Shown here in pieces: positions 50,132 through 59,902 of a stretch of DNA of 64,000 nucleotides. Position 1 is the stretch's first letter, and the number at the start of each line of letters is the position of its first letter. This stretch comes from Candidatus Thorarchaeota archaeon (GTDB taxonomy: Archaea; Asgardarchaeota; Thorarchaeia; Thorarchaeales; Thorarchaeaceae). The stretch spans positions 88,471 through 152,470 of the forward strand of contig JAGSHN010000020.1 of assembly GCA_029855935.1 (NCBI GenBank), given 5' to 3'. Position numbers and translations under genes: made by a program. The notes beneath the pieces are model-generated. The model was not told the DNA's origin. It did not search any database and worked only from the letters and a program-made list of their open reading frames with translations.

Positions 50132-50500
50132 GTGGTCACACCGGGGTCGCTCGTCTCAACGAACAATATAGGTCTGTCGGACCGCGTCTGCGTGCGCGAG
50201 CATGGCCGCCCTGGACTTCTGTTCCGAGAACGTGTTGACAATTCCACAAGGTATGCCAGCCATCCTCACAGTGCAACTTTGAGGTAACGCTTCGTATAGA
50301 GGGGTGCACACTTTCTCCCTCACGCTCTACCTCTTCTGCGAGAGCTACTCGGCTCGACAAACGAATCCGTGGCCAGAGCATCACTAGTTGGGCTCGATTT
50401 CCAGTTGGCCTCCCGGATCGGCAGTCTTGCGGTTCATTTAATTTGAACCCTTGGACAAGCAAGAACCAGAGGCCCAACAGCATCTTGTGGCGGATTCGGC

Positions 50501-51853
50501 ATGAGAGCTCAAATTACGATAGGACTTGTTCTCATCATAGTCGCAACTGTCGTTCTCCTAGTGTTTGGGGGGATTGGCATAGTAGTGTCCGTTGCTCCTG
50601 CGGTTCTTGCCATCATTGCAGTGGGGGAGGCCCTGCTTAGCTTCGGTTCCTATGTGAGAAAAGCGGGAAAATCAGTACGGGACACACTGGAGCCCTTCCT
50701 TGAGAGGAAGCACCTAGAAAAGGACCTTGAGAACCTCGATGATGCCGACGAGAGAGTCTTGGGACTCGTTCCTAGTATATACGTTGCTGATTCGAGGCGA
50801 ATGTACGAGTCGGCAGAGTACTATGTACGGAAAGAATACGAGCAATATGGCAAGCTTCTGAAAAAATTGAACAGTACAAAATGGAGGCGGGTAGTCTTCT
50901 CAAAGACTATGGTTAGGCCGTGTCTTAGCATATATGTAGACGAGGACCTGAGGTGGATCGAGTATGTGCCGAGAGATGATGGCCATTCGAAGCTGAGAGT
51001 TGAGAACCCTGTCCTTTTGAAGCCCTGCACCTGTACCATCCCTCCGGAGTACCAGAATGGCTATCCGTGCCCGATGCACTCGAGAGAGAATGGAGACATA
51101 GTTTACAGTCTGATGAATACCTGTCTGTATGAAGTGCACTACGGTGGGGTTGTAGTCTACAGGAAAAAGCTTCCCAGTCTGTGGCCGACTTCCATAGACA
51201 CTCTGCACTTTGCCAAGGTCATCAGGGACAACAAGGTTCGGTTTCACGGAGTGAGAAGCGTCTTGGAGGTGGGGTCTGGAACAGGCTTCTTGGGGATCTA
51301 CTTCGCAAAAGAAGTAAACGGTGTCAGGGAACTTACATTTGTGGACCTCTTTCTCACACCTCTCTATGCATCTATCTTTAACTTCTACCGGAACCATGGC
51401 AGGAAAGATATGAGCGCCGTTGCCGTTCTCTCGAATGGGCTGCAGAACGTAGAGAAGGGTGCAAGGTTCGATCTTGTGATATGCAATCCGCCCTATCTGC
51501 CATTGCTCGGGGTTCGAAGCATAGCCAGCCTAAATGCGGTGTCCGGAACATACCTACTTGAGGACGTAATCAAGAACAGCTATAGGTACGCTAGCAAGTT
51601 GCTCTTTGCATACTCATCCATCGCTACACCTGAAGTAGAACAAGCCACAGAACAACTGAAGAAACATGTCGAGGGGATCCGGACAACGTGTCTTGCAGAA
51701 CATTGGGTTCCCTTCAGGGTCACACACGCCTTTGCGAAAGAAGGATATGTGAACAGACTTGTAGAAGAGAGAGGAGAATACATGAGGGTCGCCGATGCCA
51801 GCACTCCGTTCAGACTGTGGCACAAGATCTACTACGTTCTCGTCAACTTCTGA
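50501..51853 (+). CDS. Membrane-anchored class I SAM-dependent methyltransferase (NPPY type)
   Basis: Two N-terminal TM helices, CxC...CxxH, motif I LEVGSGTG and motif IV FDLVICNPPY. Confidence 0.8.
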   Translation: MRAQITIGLVLIIVATVVLLVFGGIGIVVSVAPAVLAIIAVGEALLSFGSYVRKAGKSVRDTLEPFLERKHLEKDLENLDDADERVLGLVPSIYVADSRRMYESAEYYVRKEYEQYGKLLKKLNSTKWRRVVFSKTMVRPCLSIYVDEDLRWIEYVPRDDGHSKLRVENPVLLKPCTCTIPPEYQNGYPCPMHSRENGDIVYSLMNTCLYEVHYGGVVVYRKKLPSLWPTSIDTLHFAKVIRDNKVRFHGVRSVLEVGSGTGFLGIYFAKEVNGVRELTFVDLFLTPLYASIFNFYRNHGRKDMSAVAVLSNGLQNVEKGARFDLVICNPPYLPLLGVRSIASLNAVSGTYLLEDVIKNSYRYASKLLFAYSSIATPEVEQATEQLKKHVEGIRTTCLAEHWVPFRVTHAFAKEGYVNRLVEERGEYMRVADASTPFRLWHKIYYVLVNF

Positions 51854-52280
51854 TTGTGTACGGAACCTTCCACGAATCTAGTAATAGGACACCGGCCCGG
51901 TATCTGAGCGCAGTCGTTTCTGAGTCACCACATCTAGGGTTTCACCAACGTAGACCCTTGATTCCTTTCCCTGGGCTCTTTGTGTTGGAAGGGTCACCCG
52001 TGGGCCTAGCGAAGCTAGTGAGATGTTCGTGCGCCGGTTGCAGAGTTCGGCGTGAATTCGAGCTGCACTTCAGCCCCCGGCAGTAGTCCAACGCGTTGCG
52101 TAACCAGACAGGTACCACATAGGCGAAGACCTCTGGGTGTGAGTTGGAAACGAAAGTCTGATGAGCGTACGAATCAGAACTGTTCACTGATTCAAAGACG
52201 GGTCCCAGGGAGCCTGCTTCCTCGTTGTCTGTGTTGAGTCGTAGTGGGCCCGAAGCAGTTCCCGAGTGAGAGGCAGGACG

Positions 52281-54944
52281 CTACTTGCCACTGCGGCTAC
52301 ACTCAAGACCAAGAGACGCCTTTGCGGCAAGCACAATTCCTACGGGGACCATCTTCCCGGTCACCGACATGTAATCTATTCCCGCCCGGATACACTTCTT
52401 GATTGATTCACAATCAATAGACTGCTCCCCAGCTAGACCTATTTCAAACTGAGGACGTTGACGCCTGAGTTTCCTAATTGCTGATTCAAGGAACTCGACC
52501 ACTGTGTTCTCCAGAGATCTGAACGGATTCTGCGGCAATATGCCCAGATCGACATACTTGTCGAGAAAGAACTTCTCAGAGTCCTCTCTGCCCATCCCCA
52601 AGAAAAGCTGAGTGAGGTCGTTTGTGCCTATGACCAAGAAGTCCGATAGCCGCGCAATTCCATCCATGTTTACTACTGCAGCAGGCGTTTCGATGACGAC
52701 ACCAATTGGGATTCGGTATCTAGTACCATTCTCCTGTTCGTATCGTACTATTTCCTGTTCTATGATCCTTCGTACGTAGTCCACCTCAGCACTGTTTATG
52801 ACATCGGGAATCAGAATTCTGACCACGGGGTTTGAGTTCGTGTTCTTCCCGCTTCCATCGAGCGCGCTCAGAAGCGACCTTACTTGAACAGCGTATAGCT
52901 CGGGATGAACCACGGCAAGGCGTGTCCCCCTGAGACCCAGCATAGGGTTTCTGCTGCTGTGTTCTGACACCTTTCGCAACAACCTCTCCAACTTGTGCGT
53001 GTCGCGACCTTCACTCCGCGCTTCATAGTAGTCCCTTAGTGCGTGCTCAGGATCTGGCAGGAACTCGTGTAATGGAGGATCGATGAGCTTGAAAGTCACT
53101 ATGCCAGTTCTAAGCTCACCTATGAAACGCAAGAAGAATTCCCGCTGCATTCCAAAGAGAGCCGACAGCGCCTGTCTCCGTTCCCCTTCATCCTCCGCCA
53201 GGACATACTCCCGAATTGCCTCTCTGATCTCCGTCCTTGCGTTTATCCTGTCGATTCCCCACGCAATGACCTCCTTCAACTCGTGAGGTGATTCCACGTT
53301 CGCCCTGACGCCTATGCGGTCTGAGCAGTTCCGCGCTATTGCTGCTATCTCATACATCTCTCTCGGAATCTTGGCAGTCTCCTTCTCCAGCCGGCCTACG
53401 AAAACCTCTCCTGACAGGCCATCAATAGTCACAACGTCATCCGCCCGAACCGAACACTCACTAAAATGCAGTTTCTGAGAGATCGTATCTACCACCACTC
53501 CCTTTGAAGGTCCGAGTATGACTGCAGGTTTTCCCATAGACCTAGCTATGATTACGGAATGACTCGTAGTTCCACCCCTAGCGACTATCAACCCCTCTGA
53601 TAGTCTCACGCGTTCCACATCAGCCGGTTTCAGTTCGTCGAAGACGACTATCATCCCAGAAACATCATCTGGTTCTATCCTCTCCAGAGGGCGAACGAAC
53701 CTCAATGGTCCCGCTCCCACCCCTGGAGAGACGCCCATGCCTACGGCAACCAGCCGCCCCTCGTTCAGAGCAACCTGCCTGTCCTCCGCCCTCACCCGAG
53801 GAAACGCAAGTCTTCTCAGAGAAGAAGGATCTATCCTCGCGATGAGTTCCTTGGTATCAACCACACCCTCACGATAGAGAGAATACAAGCTTCGAACCGA
53901 TGCCTGCGGCGTCATCTCCACGGCTCTGACCTGAAGTATCCACAGCTTCCCGCTCTCCACGGTGAACTCGATATCAACTGGATGCCCAAGACGCTTTTCT
54001 AGCCTGTCAACGACATCGACTAGTCTCTTGTAGACGCCGGGCACCCGCTTACTCAGATCGCCTATAGGCTGTGAGACTGCTCTACCCTGAACGACCTCGT
54101 CGCACTGACAAGAAATAGCGAAGTCCCCCACAATCTTTCTCTCTCCGCTATTGGGATCCCTGGAGAACACGACACCGGAGAGCGAGTCTTGATCGCGATT
54201 ACCAAGAACCATCCTCATTACCATGACGGCCGCGCAGGCCTTGTGCTCCAATCCGCGTTCGGTCCGGTATCTCGTCGCTTCAGGAAACATCCAGGACCGG
54301 AGTGCCGCTAATATCGAGACACGTAGTTGTTCGTACGCGTCATCAAATATCCCTTCAAGCTCGAACTGTCGGAAAGCCCTCCTCAGTCTCTCGATAGTCG
54401 ATTTCATTCTTTTGGGAAGAGGTGTCTTGATGTCGTCGCACCCCTCAAGCGAAGTGTAGTCCCTCAAGACTTGGACCAGCTCTTCCCGCATATCTCCGGG
54501 TAGAGAGTGAACAAGAGTCAGAAGGAACTTGATGAATAACTGCCACGTCAGGTCATTGCCGTATGCACTGCGAAACCAATGTAGATTCTTGCTCGTGATA
54601 CCGACGTTGAGAACTGTCGATAGTATTCCAGGCATTGTTTCAGGAGGCGAAGTTCGGACCGAAACCAACAGCGGATTCGAGACATCATTGAACTTGGCTT
54701 CAGCCTCAGATTCCAGACTCCGAATAGAGTCAACGACTTTGCCCCAGACTGCATCTAGGTAGTCCGGATCGTCAAGTATTCTCCTACATAGATTCGTGCT
54801 CAGGACAAAGCCGGGCGGCACCGCTATCCCCATTGCCAAAGCGGTACCGAGATTTGAAGCCTTAACACCGAAGAGATATCTCTCACGGACGGACAGCTCG
54901 TTGAGGCTCACGATATCCCTCATCGACATTACGACATTACCCAC
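52281..54944 (-). CDS. Pyruvate,phosphate dikinase homolog (divergent)
   Basis: GVKASNL, VPPGF, PLLVSVR, DIEFT, ILQVR, phospho-His GGTTSH, DPPLHEF, NPMLGLRG and GTNDLTQ. The true start is probably 54923. Confidence 0.9.
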   Translation of the reverse strand: MGNVVMSMRDIVSLNELSVRERYLFGVKASNLGTALAMGIAVPPGFVLSTNLCRRILDDPDYLDAVWGKVVDSIRSLESEAEAKFNDVSNPLLVSVRTSPPETMPGILSTVLNVGITSKNLHWFRSAYGNDLTWQLFIKFLLTLVHSLPGDMREELVQVLRDYTSLEGCDDIKTPLPKRMKSTIERLRRAFRQFELEGIFDDAYEQLRVSILAALRSWMFPEATRYRTERGLEHKACAAVMVMRMVLGNRDQDSLSGVVFSRDPNSGERKIVGDFAISCQCDEVVQGRAVSQPIGDLSKRVPGVYKRLVDVVDRLEKRLGHPVDIEFTVESGKLWILQVRAVEMTPQASVRSLYSLYREGVVDTKELIARIDPSSLRRLAFPRVRAEDRQVALNEGRLVAVGMGVSPGVGAGPLRFVRPLERIEPDDVSGMIVVFDELKPADVERVRLSEGLIVARGGTTSHSVIIARSMGKPAVILGPSKGVVVDTISQKLHFSECSVRADDVVTIDGLSGEVFVGRLEKETAKIPREMYEIAAIARNCSDRIGVRANVESPHELKEVIAWGIDRINARTEIREAIREYVLAEDEGERRQALSALFGMQREFFLRFIGELRTGIVTFKLIDPPLHEFLPDPEHALRDYYEARSEGRDTHKLERLLRKVSEHSSRNPMLGLRGTRLAVVHPELYAVQVRSLLSALDGSGKNTNSNPVVRILIPDVINSAEVDYVRRIIEQEIVRYEQENGTRYRIPIGVVIETPAAVVNMDGIARLSDFLVIGTNDLTQLFLGMGREDSEKFFLDKYVDLGILPQNPFRSLENTVVEFLESAIRKLRRQRPQFEIGLAGEQSIDCESIKKCIRAGIDYMSVTGKMVPVGIVLAAKASLGLECSRSGK

Positions 54945-55329
54945 TTCACGCTCAATAGTTCAATTCGGAGGCCGTGCTCGCTTCACGCAAGCTACCGCTA
55001 CTCTCCCCGTACCTATCTCTACAGCCAGCAACGCGTTTAGAGTTTCAAGATGGACTCCACCCGCTCCACCATCTTGCTATGGCTGGTAGTGGACGCGACT
55101 GCCATCTTGGCCACGTAGAGCTGTAGCAAGATATTCTCCCGTGGGAAACTGTCCGGCACTGTTAAGTGTTGTTGCAATTCCCACCGAGAACTGTAGAGAC
55201 CAGTCTCTGCCGTTCAGGGCCATTCCTCATTCTTCCTAGCCGACGGATGACGACTTCCCGTGACCGCTCTTCACGACCATAGCCTTTAAATCGGGTGCGT
55301 TTCTCCCTCGGCAGAGACAAAACGGGGTA

Positions 55330-55722
55330 GTGAAGATGTACTTCGAGCTCTTCCTAATTCCACTCGTAGTAATCGTGGTACTGTTCATCATATTCTTCAT
55401 TGTTGACGAGGGGTCACACTGGCAGAAGCACAGGGTGCTCGGCGTCTTCGCAAGATACATCCAGAGGTCTCAAGGTGTTGCGTTCGCGACATTCTTGCTC
55501 CTGACGATACTGTCCATCCCAGCCACCTTTGCAGTTCTTGTTGGTCTATGGATGGATCTCATCGCTGCGAACGCTATTCCGAACAGCCAGGTTGCGATTG
55601 TGGACACCCTGCTAGTGGTGCTGGTACTGTTGTCACTGATGCTGCCTGTCACGTGGTCTCACTTCAGACAGTGGCGTCAGGCCGTCAGAAGCATGGCCGA
55701 GGTCAGAGTCAGAACAGCATAA
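55330..55722 (+). CDS. Hypothetical membrane protein (3 TM)
   Basis: Hydrophobic segments; TTTAAA promoter-like site at about 55285. Confidence 0.65.
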   Translation: MKMYFELFLIPLVVIVVLFIIFFIVDEGSHWQKHRVLGVFARYIQRSQGVAFATFLLLTILSIPATFAVLVGLWMDLIAANAIPNSQVAIVDTLLVVLVLLSLMLPVTWSHFRQWRQAVRSMAEVRVRTA

Positions 55723-56008
55723 TGGCGTCCCAGGACAAGGATCCGCTCACAGATGAGCGATGGGACTCTAGCTGGCACACCCACGGTCACGGTCCGCCCC
55801 ATGTCTGAGGGTGGCCGTGACGTGACTCGTTCTACTGATCCCTGTGAACCCCAATGCGTAGTCTCCATCGCCGGGCTCATTTCCTTCCCCCACAGTCTCT
55901 CTTGTGACGGGACATCAAAGTCGTGGCGCAGTCCCATAGCCTTATCTGATGTTTCACAGGCACCTGAGCCGCCCCAAAGGGTAGAAGGACTCCAGAGGAG
56001 CCACAGCC

Positions 56009-58189
56009 ATGAGAACTAGACTGTTCGCAGCCGCCGTTCTTCTACTAGCTCTTGCCATTGCCCTATTTCCGTCGGCACAGATGCAGATAGGCCCAAGTGG
56101 TCACTCCCTCAGAGTACGGTCGAGTGTCACAACGGCAGCAGAGGCGGAGCTCCCCCTGATGTATTCTGGGGGTGACGTGCAGCGTGTCGAGGTCGCAAGA
56201 TACGACTCGATTACTGATGCACTTGCTGCAGTGAACAGCGGTGAGGCGGATGTCTTTGGACACAGGATACCGTTTGACAATGTCACGGTGGCTGACGGCT
56301 ATTCCAGTCTGAGCCGCCAATGGATGTACGACAACAGGGCGGTGGTTCTTGCACTGAACGCACGGTCCTACCCGCTCAACAGTCATCATCTGAGAAGGGC
56401 AATAGCCTATGCCGTGAACAAGACCGCAATATCCGATCAGGTCTTCGGAGGGCTCGTCGATGTCGCCGACTATATGTTGCCTCTGACCAGCAGGTACTCG
56501 CCGGATCGGAGCGGTACGGGTCTGTTCTACAACTCAGACTACCCAGCCGCCATTGAGGAACTCACTCTCGCGGGGATGCTCGATGTCGATGTCGATGGCT
56601 ATGTGGAGGCCCCGCACGGTCACGACCTGACTCTCAGGATAGCAGTTCCACTTGATCTGCCTGGGATGAACGAGACCGCGATACTCGTTCGTACGGGACT
56701 CGTGGCGATTGGACTCAACTCCACGATCGTCTACTTCAACCAGACGTATCTCCAGAACGGGGTTGCAAACCACACTCTAGACTACGACCTGGCACTGTAC
56801 CAGATGGACTTCCCGTACTTCGACCCGAGCTGGGGTGTGCTGACATTCTCGGGCGCGCGTCGCACAGAATACGGGGAGAACATAGCGAACATCAATGATC
56901 CCACGCTGAACGAGATTGCGGCCGCCGTGAACAGAGAGTACGACCACGATCTGAGAGTGAACCTGACACGGCAGGCGTTACGCGTTGTCAGAGACTACTG
57001 TCCGGTGCTCCCGCTGTTCTTCTACAGAAGCCTCTCGGTATACAGTACGGCGAACTTTGACAACTGGCCTCACGATTGGATAGGCGGTGCGTTCAGCGTC
57101 TGGACGCCCGTCACTGTGACACCACGAGAGGGGTCGGATGGCACGCTCCGGGTGGCCGTGCTGCCAGAGTTCTTTGACGGCTTCTTCACATCTCTCAATC
57201 CCTTCGTCAACTCCCCGCTCCTTGACGAGTCGTGGCTCTGGAGAGATCACTTCAACCCGTACTTGCTTGTCTACGATACGCCATTGGTCGTTCGAGGCGA
57301 TGGTGAAGTCGTGCCGAGGAATGCTGTCCGCTGGAAGATGGAGCTGGCCGGAATGGCCTCTGATGTTGGCAACAACGAGTCGAGAGCCGTCTTCTATCTC
57401 GATTCCACTGGCAACTTCACCGACGGAACCGAGCTGACTGCACAGGACTACGGGTTCACCTTCGAGTTCCTGTCCAATCGCTCCCTGATACCTCGGGCGG
57501 CCGACTTTGTCGAGGCGAAAGTCATTGGCGACTACAAGGTGGGAATCAAGTTCAAACAGCCTGACGTGTTCCTGTACAGGTCTGTGTCCGCCTTGCCAAT
57601 CCTCCCGAGGCACATATGGAGCGACAAGAACGTGACGGAATGGGACCCCTCACCAGAAGAGGTCATCGGCTCTGGACCCTTCACAGTCGAGTCATTCACT
57701 CCACACGCATCCCTCGTCTTGGAGACAAATGAGCACTACTACCCTACTCTCGACAATGCTCCGCCTCAGCTTCAGTTCATCAGGATAACACCAGACGATC
57801 CGGTCCCGACAATCAGCGTCCTCGTGCGGGTATTCCTTCTCGACAAGAGCCCCATCGAGAGGGTTGTTGTGAACTACATATACGACAAGGGCCCTCTCAA
57901 CTTCACAGAGAGCATTGAGATGGTCGAGACCCCCGTGGGCTACTATGCCATCATCCCGGCCCACATAACAGCCACCTTCGTCGAGTTCTGGATTACGGCA
58001 ACGGACATGTGGAACAACACGGGCGTCGTGGTCTCGGGGCGATACACCCTGCCAGCGACAACAGGACAACTGCTGCTGACCACTGTCGGTCCGCCAGCCG
58101 GGGGTGCCGCTGTTGTTCTTGTCGCTCTCGCAGTCCTTGTCAGGCGCAGAGGCCGGCGCGGGGCGGCTCCGCGTCCCACTCGCGTCTGA
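56009..58189 (+). CDS. ABC transporter family-5 (peptide/nickel) solute-binding protein, permuted, with a C-terminal TM anchor
   Basis: Signal peptide, then LRRAIAYAVNK, AG..D.D.DG, PVLPLF, LNP, FTDG..LTA.D..FT and IGSGPF, ending in a TM helix and basic tail. Confidence 0.85.
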   Translation: MRTRLFAAAVLLLALAIALFPSAQMQIGPSGHSLRVRSSVTTAAEAELPLMYSGGDVQRVEVARYDSITDALAAVNSGEADVFGHRIPFDNVTVADGYSSLSRQWMYDNRAVVLALNARSYPLNSHHLRRAIAYAVNKTAISDQVFGGLVDVADYMLPLTSRYSPDRSGTGLFYNSDYPAAIEELTLAGMLDVDVDGYVEAPHGHDLTLRIAVPLDLPGMNETAILVRTGLVAIGLNSTIVYFNQTYLQNGVANHTLDYDLALYQMDFPYFDPSWGVLTFSGARRTEYGENIANINDPTLNEIAAAVNREYDHDLRVNLTRQALRVVRDYCPVLPLFFYRSLSVYSTANFDNWPHDWIGGAFSVWTPVTVTPREGSDGTLRVAVLPEFFDGFFTSLNPFVNSPLLDESWLWRDHFNPYLLVYDTPLVVRGDGEVVPRNAVRWKMELAGMASDVGNNESRAVFYLDSTGNFTDGTELTAQDYGFTFEFLSNRSLIPRAADFVEAKVIGDYKVGIKFKQPDVFLYRSVSALPILPRHIWSDKNVTEWDPSPEEVIGSGPFTVESFTPHASLVLETNEHYYPTLDNAPPQLQFIRITPDDPVPTISVLVRVFLLDKSPIERVVVNYIYDKGPLNFTESIEMVETPVGYYAIIPAHITATFVEFWITATDMWNNTGVVVSGRYTLPATTGQLLLTTVGPPAGGAAVVLVALAVLVRRRGRRGAAPRPTRV

Positions 58190-58251
58190 TTGAAGAGACA
58201 GGGAGCCTTCTGATTCGCAGATGCCACATAGCCTACCCACTAATCACTCGG

Positions 58252-59739
58252 TCACTGCGAGGGGATGCGTTTCACCAGATATACAGCAATGACCACCACT
58301 CCAGCGGCAACCCCGATTATTGCGGAGATGAGGGGCAGATTCGCCATCAGCGACCCCTGGGGCCAGTAGACTGCAAGCGCATCCCCTGCCTCCTTCCACG
58401 AGTCCGATATGGCCTGAAGGTGAGTGGTGATTGTTGCCAAGTCGTCAGAGTAGGCGGCGAGGGCATCATCGAGGTTGCCTGTCGAGTTATAGAGATTGGC
58501 GACTGACCTGAATGTCTGGCTGACGAACCCTGCAGTCACACTCACATTGCCGGGATGGATCAGTGTCGTGTTGTCGGAGAGAGCAGCGAAGTGTGGCAGT
58601 GCAGCAGAGGCTGCAGTCTCGAACTCTGTCAGGTCCACACTCGGGAGATAGGCCGGCAGTCGCTCAAGCCCTATTCGATAGGACAGGTACTGTAGCGTGA
58701 TCTGTGACTCCACGCCTAGGCCAATGAAGACGAGAAGAGCGGACTTGAAGAAGACCTCGTTGTCCACGCCATCGAATATCGAGAGATAGGTCTTCAGGCC
58801 ATCAACCGACAGGTCCGTTGCCAGTCCGTTGAATGCGCTATACCCGAATTGCCATAGATACGCACTCGAGCTACCCGGCGAGTAGCGCTCCCCGACACCC
58901 AGCAAGAGGTCCCGGACACGCGGGCCAATCTCGTCCTCGGGATTCTGTATGGGCTCCAATCCTGGAGTCAGTGTGATTGAGATGTAGTATCGCTCAGACC
59001 ACGCGAGATTGAGATTTGTATAGCTGATCTGACTGTAGTTCCCTCTGCCATCCACCGGATAGCCGTACTGATGGCCAAAGGAGCCGACCCCGGGATCTTG
59101 AATATAGGCCACCCCGGCCGTGTCGTCATACCCGACAAGAACCACCGCATGGCCTCCTCCCGTTATGCCCTGCTCCCGCATGAAGTCGTAATCACTGGCA
59201 GGTAGCCAGCGAGGATCGACTGAGATCAGCAGAGGATAGCCGCTGTCAATGGTCGATCGCATCAGGTCCAGAGCCTCAGACTGACCGCTGATGAGTCCCA
59301 CATTGACCCCCCTCGACCTGAGGAGGTTGACCTGGGACTCGATTCCCTCGACGTCAGAACTGATGTACAGCGTATAATTCAGCCCATAGAGCTGGGCGAC
59401 GAAGAAGACCGGGTCCACCTGCTGGTATATTGCTCCGGGGAAGGCCATCATTGTATCATTGTACTTGATGTAGGCAAAGGCGAACCCCACACCCGATACT
59501 GCCAGCAGGTCATGCATTGTCATCTCAACGCCCGCATATCTGAGCAGTATCGTCGTTGCGGCCCAGTTGCAGAAGCCATTGATCTCCTGCCAGACGTACG
59601 GCACGCCCTGGAGGACCACTGCATTGTCCAAGGCCACTCGGCCTACCGAAACAGGACCAACTGTCTCACCGTGGGCAAGCGTGGCAGATAGCGGAGCCAG
59701 CAACAGGAAACACAGCAGGGCAAGAGAACGTCGCTTCAT
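58252..59739 (-). CDS. Secreted, membrane-anchored papain-fold peptidase (C39-like/BtrH-like)
   Basis: Signal peptide, VPYVWQ...CNWAA (Gln, Cys), GHAVVLVGYD (His), QDP (Asp) and a C-terminal TM helix. Confidence 0.8.
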   Translation of the reverse strand: MKRRSLALLCFLLLAPLSATLAHGETVGPVSVGRVALDNAVVLQGVPYVWQEINGFCNWAATTILLRYAGVEMTMHDLLAVSGVGFAFAYIKYNDTMMAFPGAIYQQVDPVFFVAQLYGLNYTLYISSDVEGIESQVNLLRSRGVNVGLISGQSEALDLMRSTIDSGYPLLISVDPRWLPASDYDFMREQGITGGGHAVVLVGYDDTAGVAYIQDPGVGSFGHQYGYPVDGRGNYSQISYTNLNLAWSERYYISITLTPGLEPIQNPEDEIGPRVRDLLLGVGERYSPGSSSAYLWQFGYSAFNGLATDLSVDGLKTYLSIFDGVDNEVFFKSALLVFIGLGVESQITLQYLSYRIGLERLPAYLPSVDLTEFETAASAALPHFAALSDNTTLIHPGNVSVTAGFVSQTFRSVANLYNSTGNLDDALAAYSDDLATITTHLQAISDSWKEAGDALAVYWPQGSLMANLPLISAIIGVAAGVVVIAVYLVKRIPSQ

Positions 59740-59902
59740 TGCGATTCGAGAGGCAGGTGGGCCGTAAGAACAAAAGGGTTTTGCAATGGCGACATTGAGC
59801 GGTAGGACCGTTGCCGGGGGAGAAGACTCCTCAATGGTTGAGGATACGTCCTGACACAGTAGATCTATCGTAGTCACGCCTGCTGGCCGGACGCACCGGT
59901 TC

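Noticed and set aside
50250-55230. Integrated mobile element with defined ends
   Set aside because: No integrase, transposase, tRNA target or terminal repeats were found by eye; only the compositional shift supports foreign origin.
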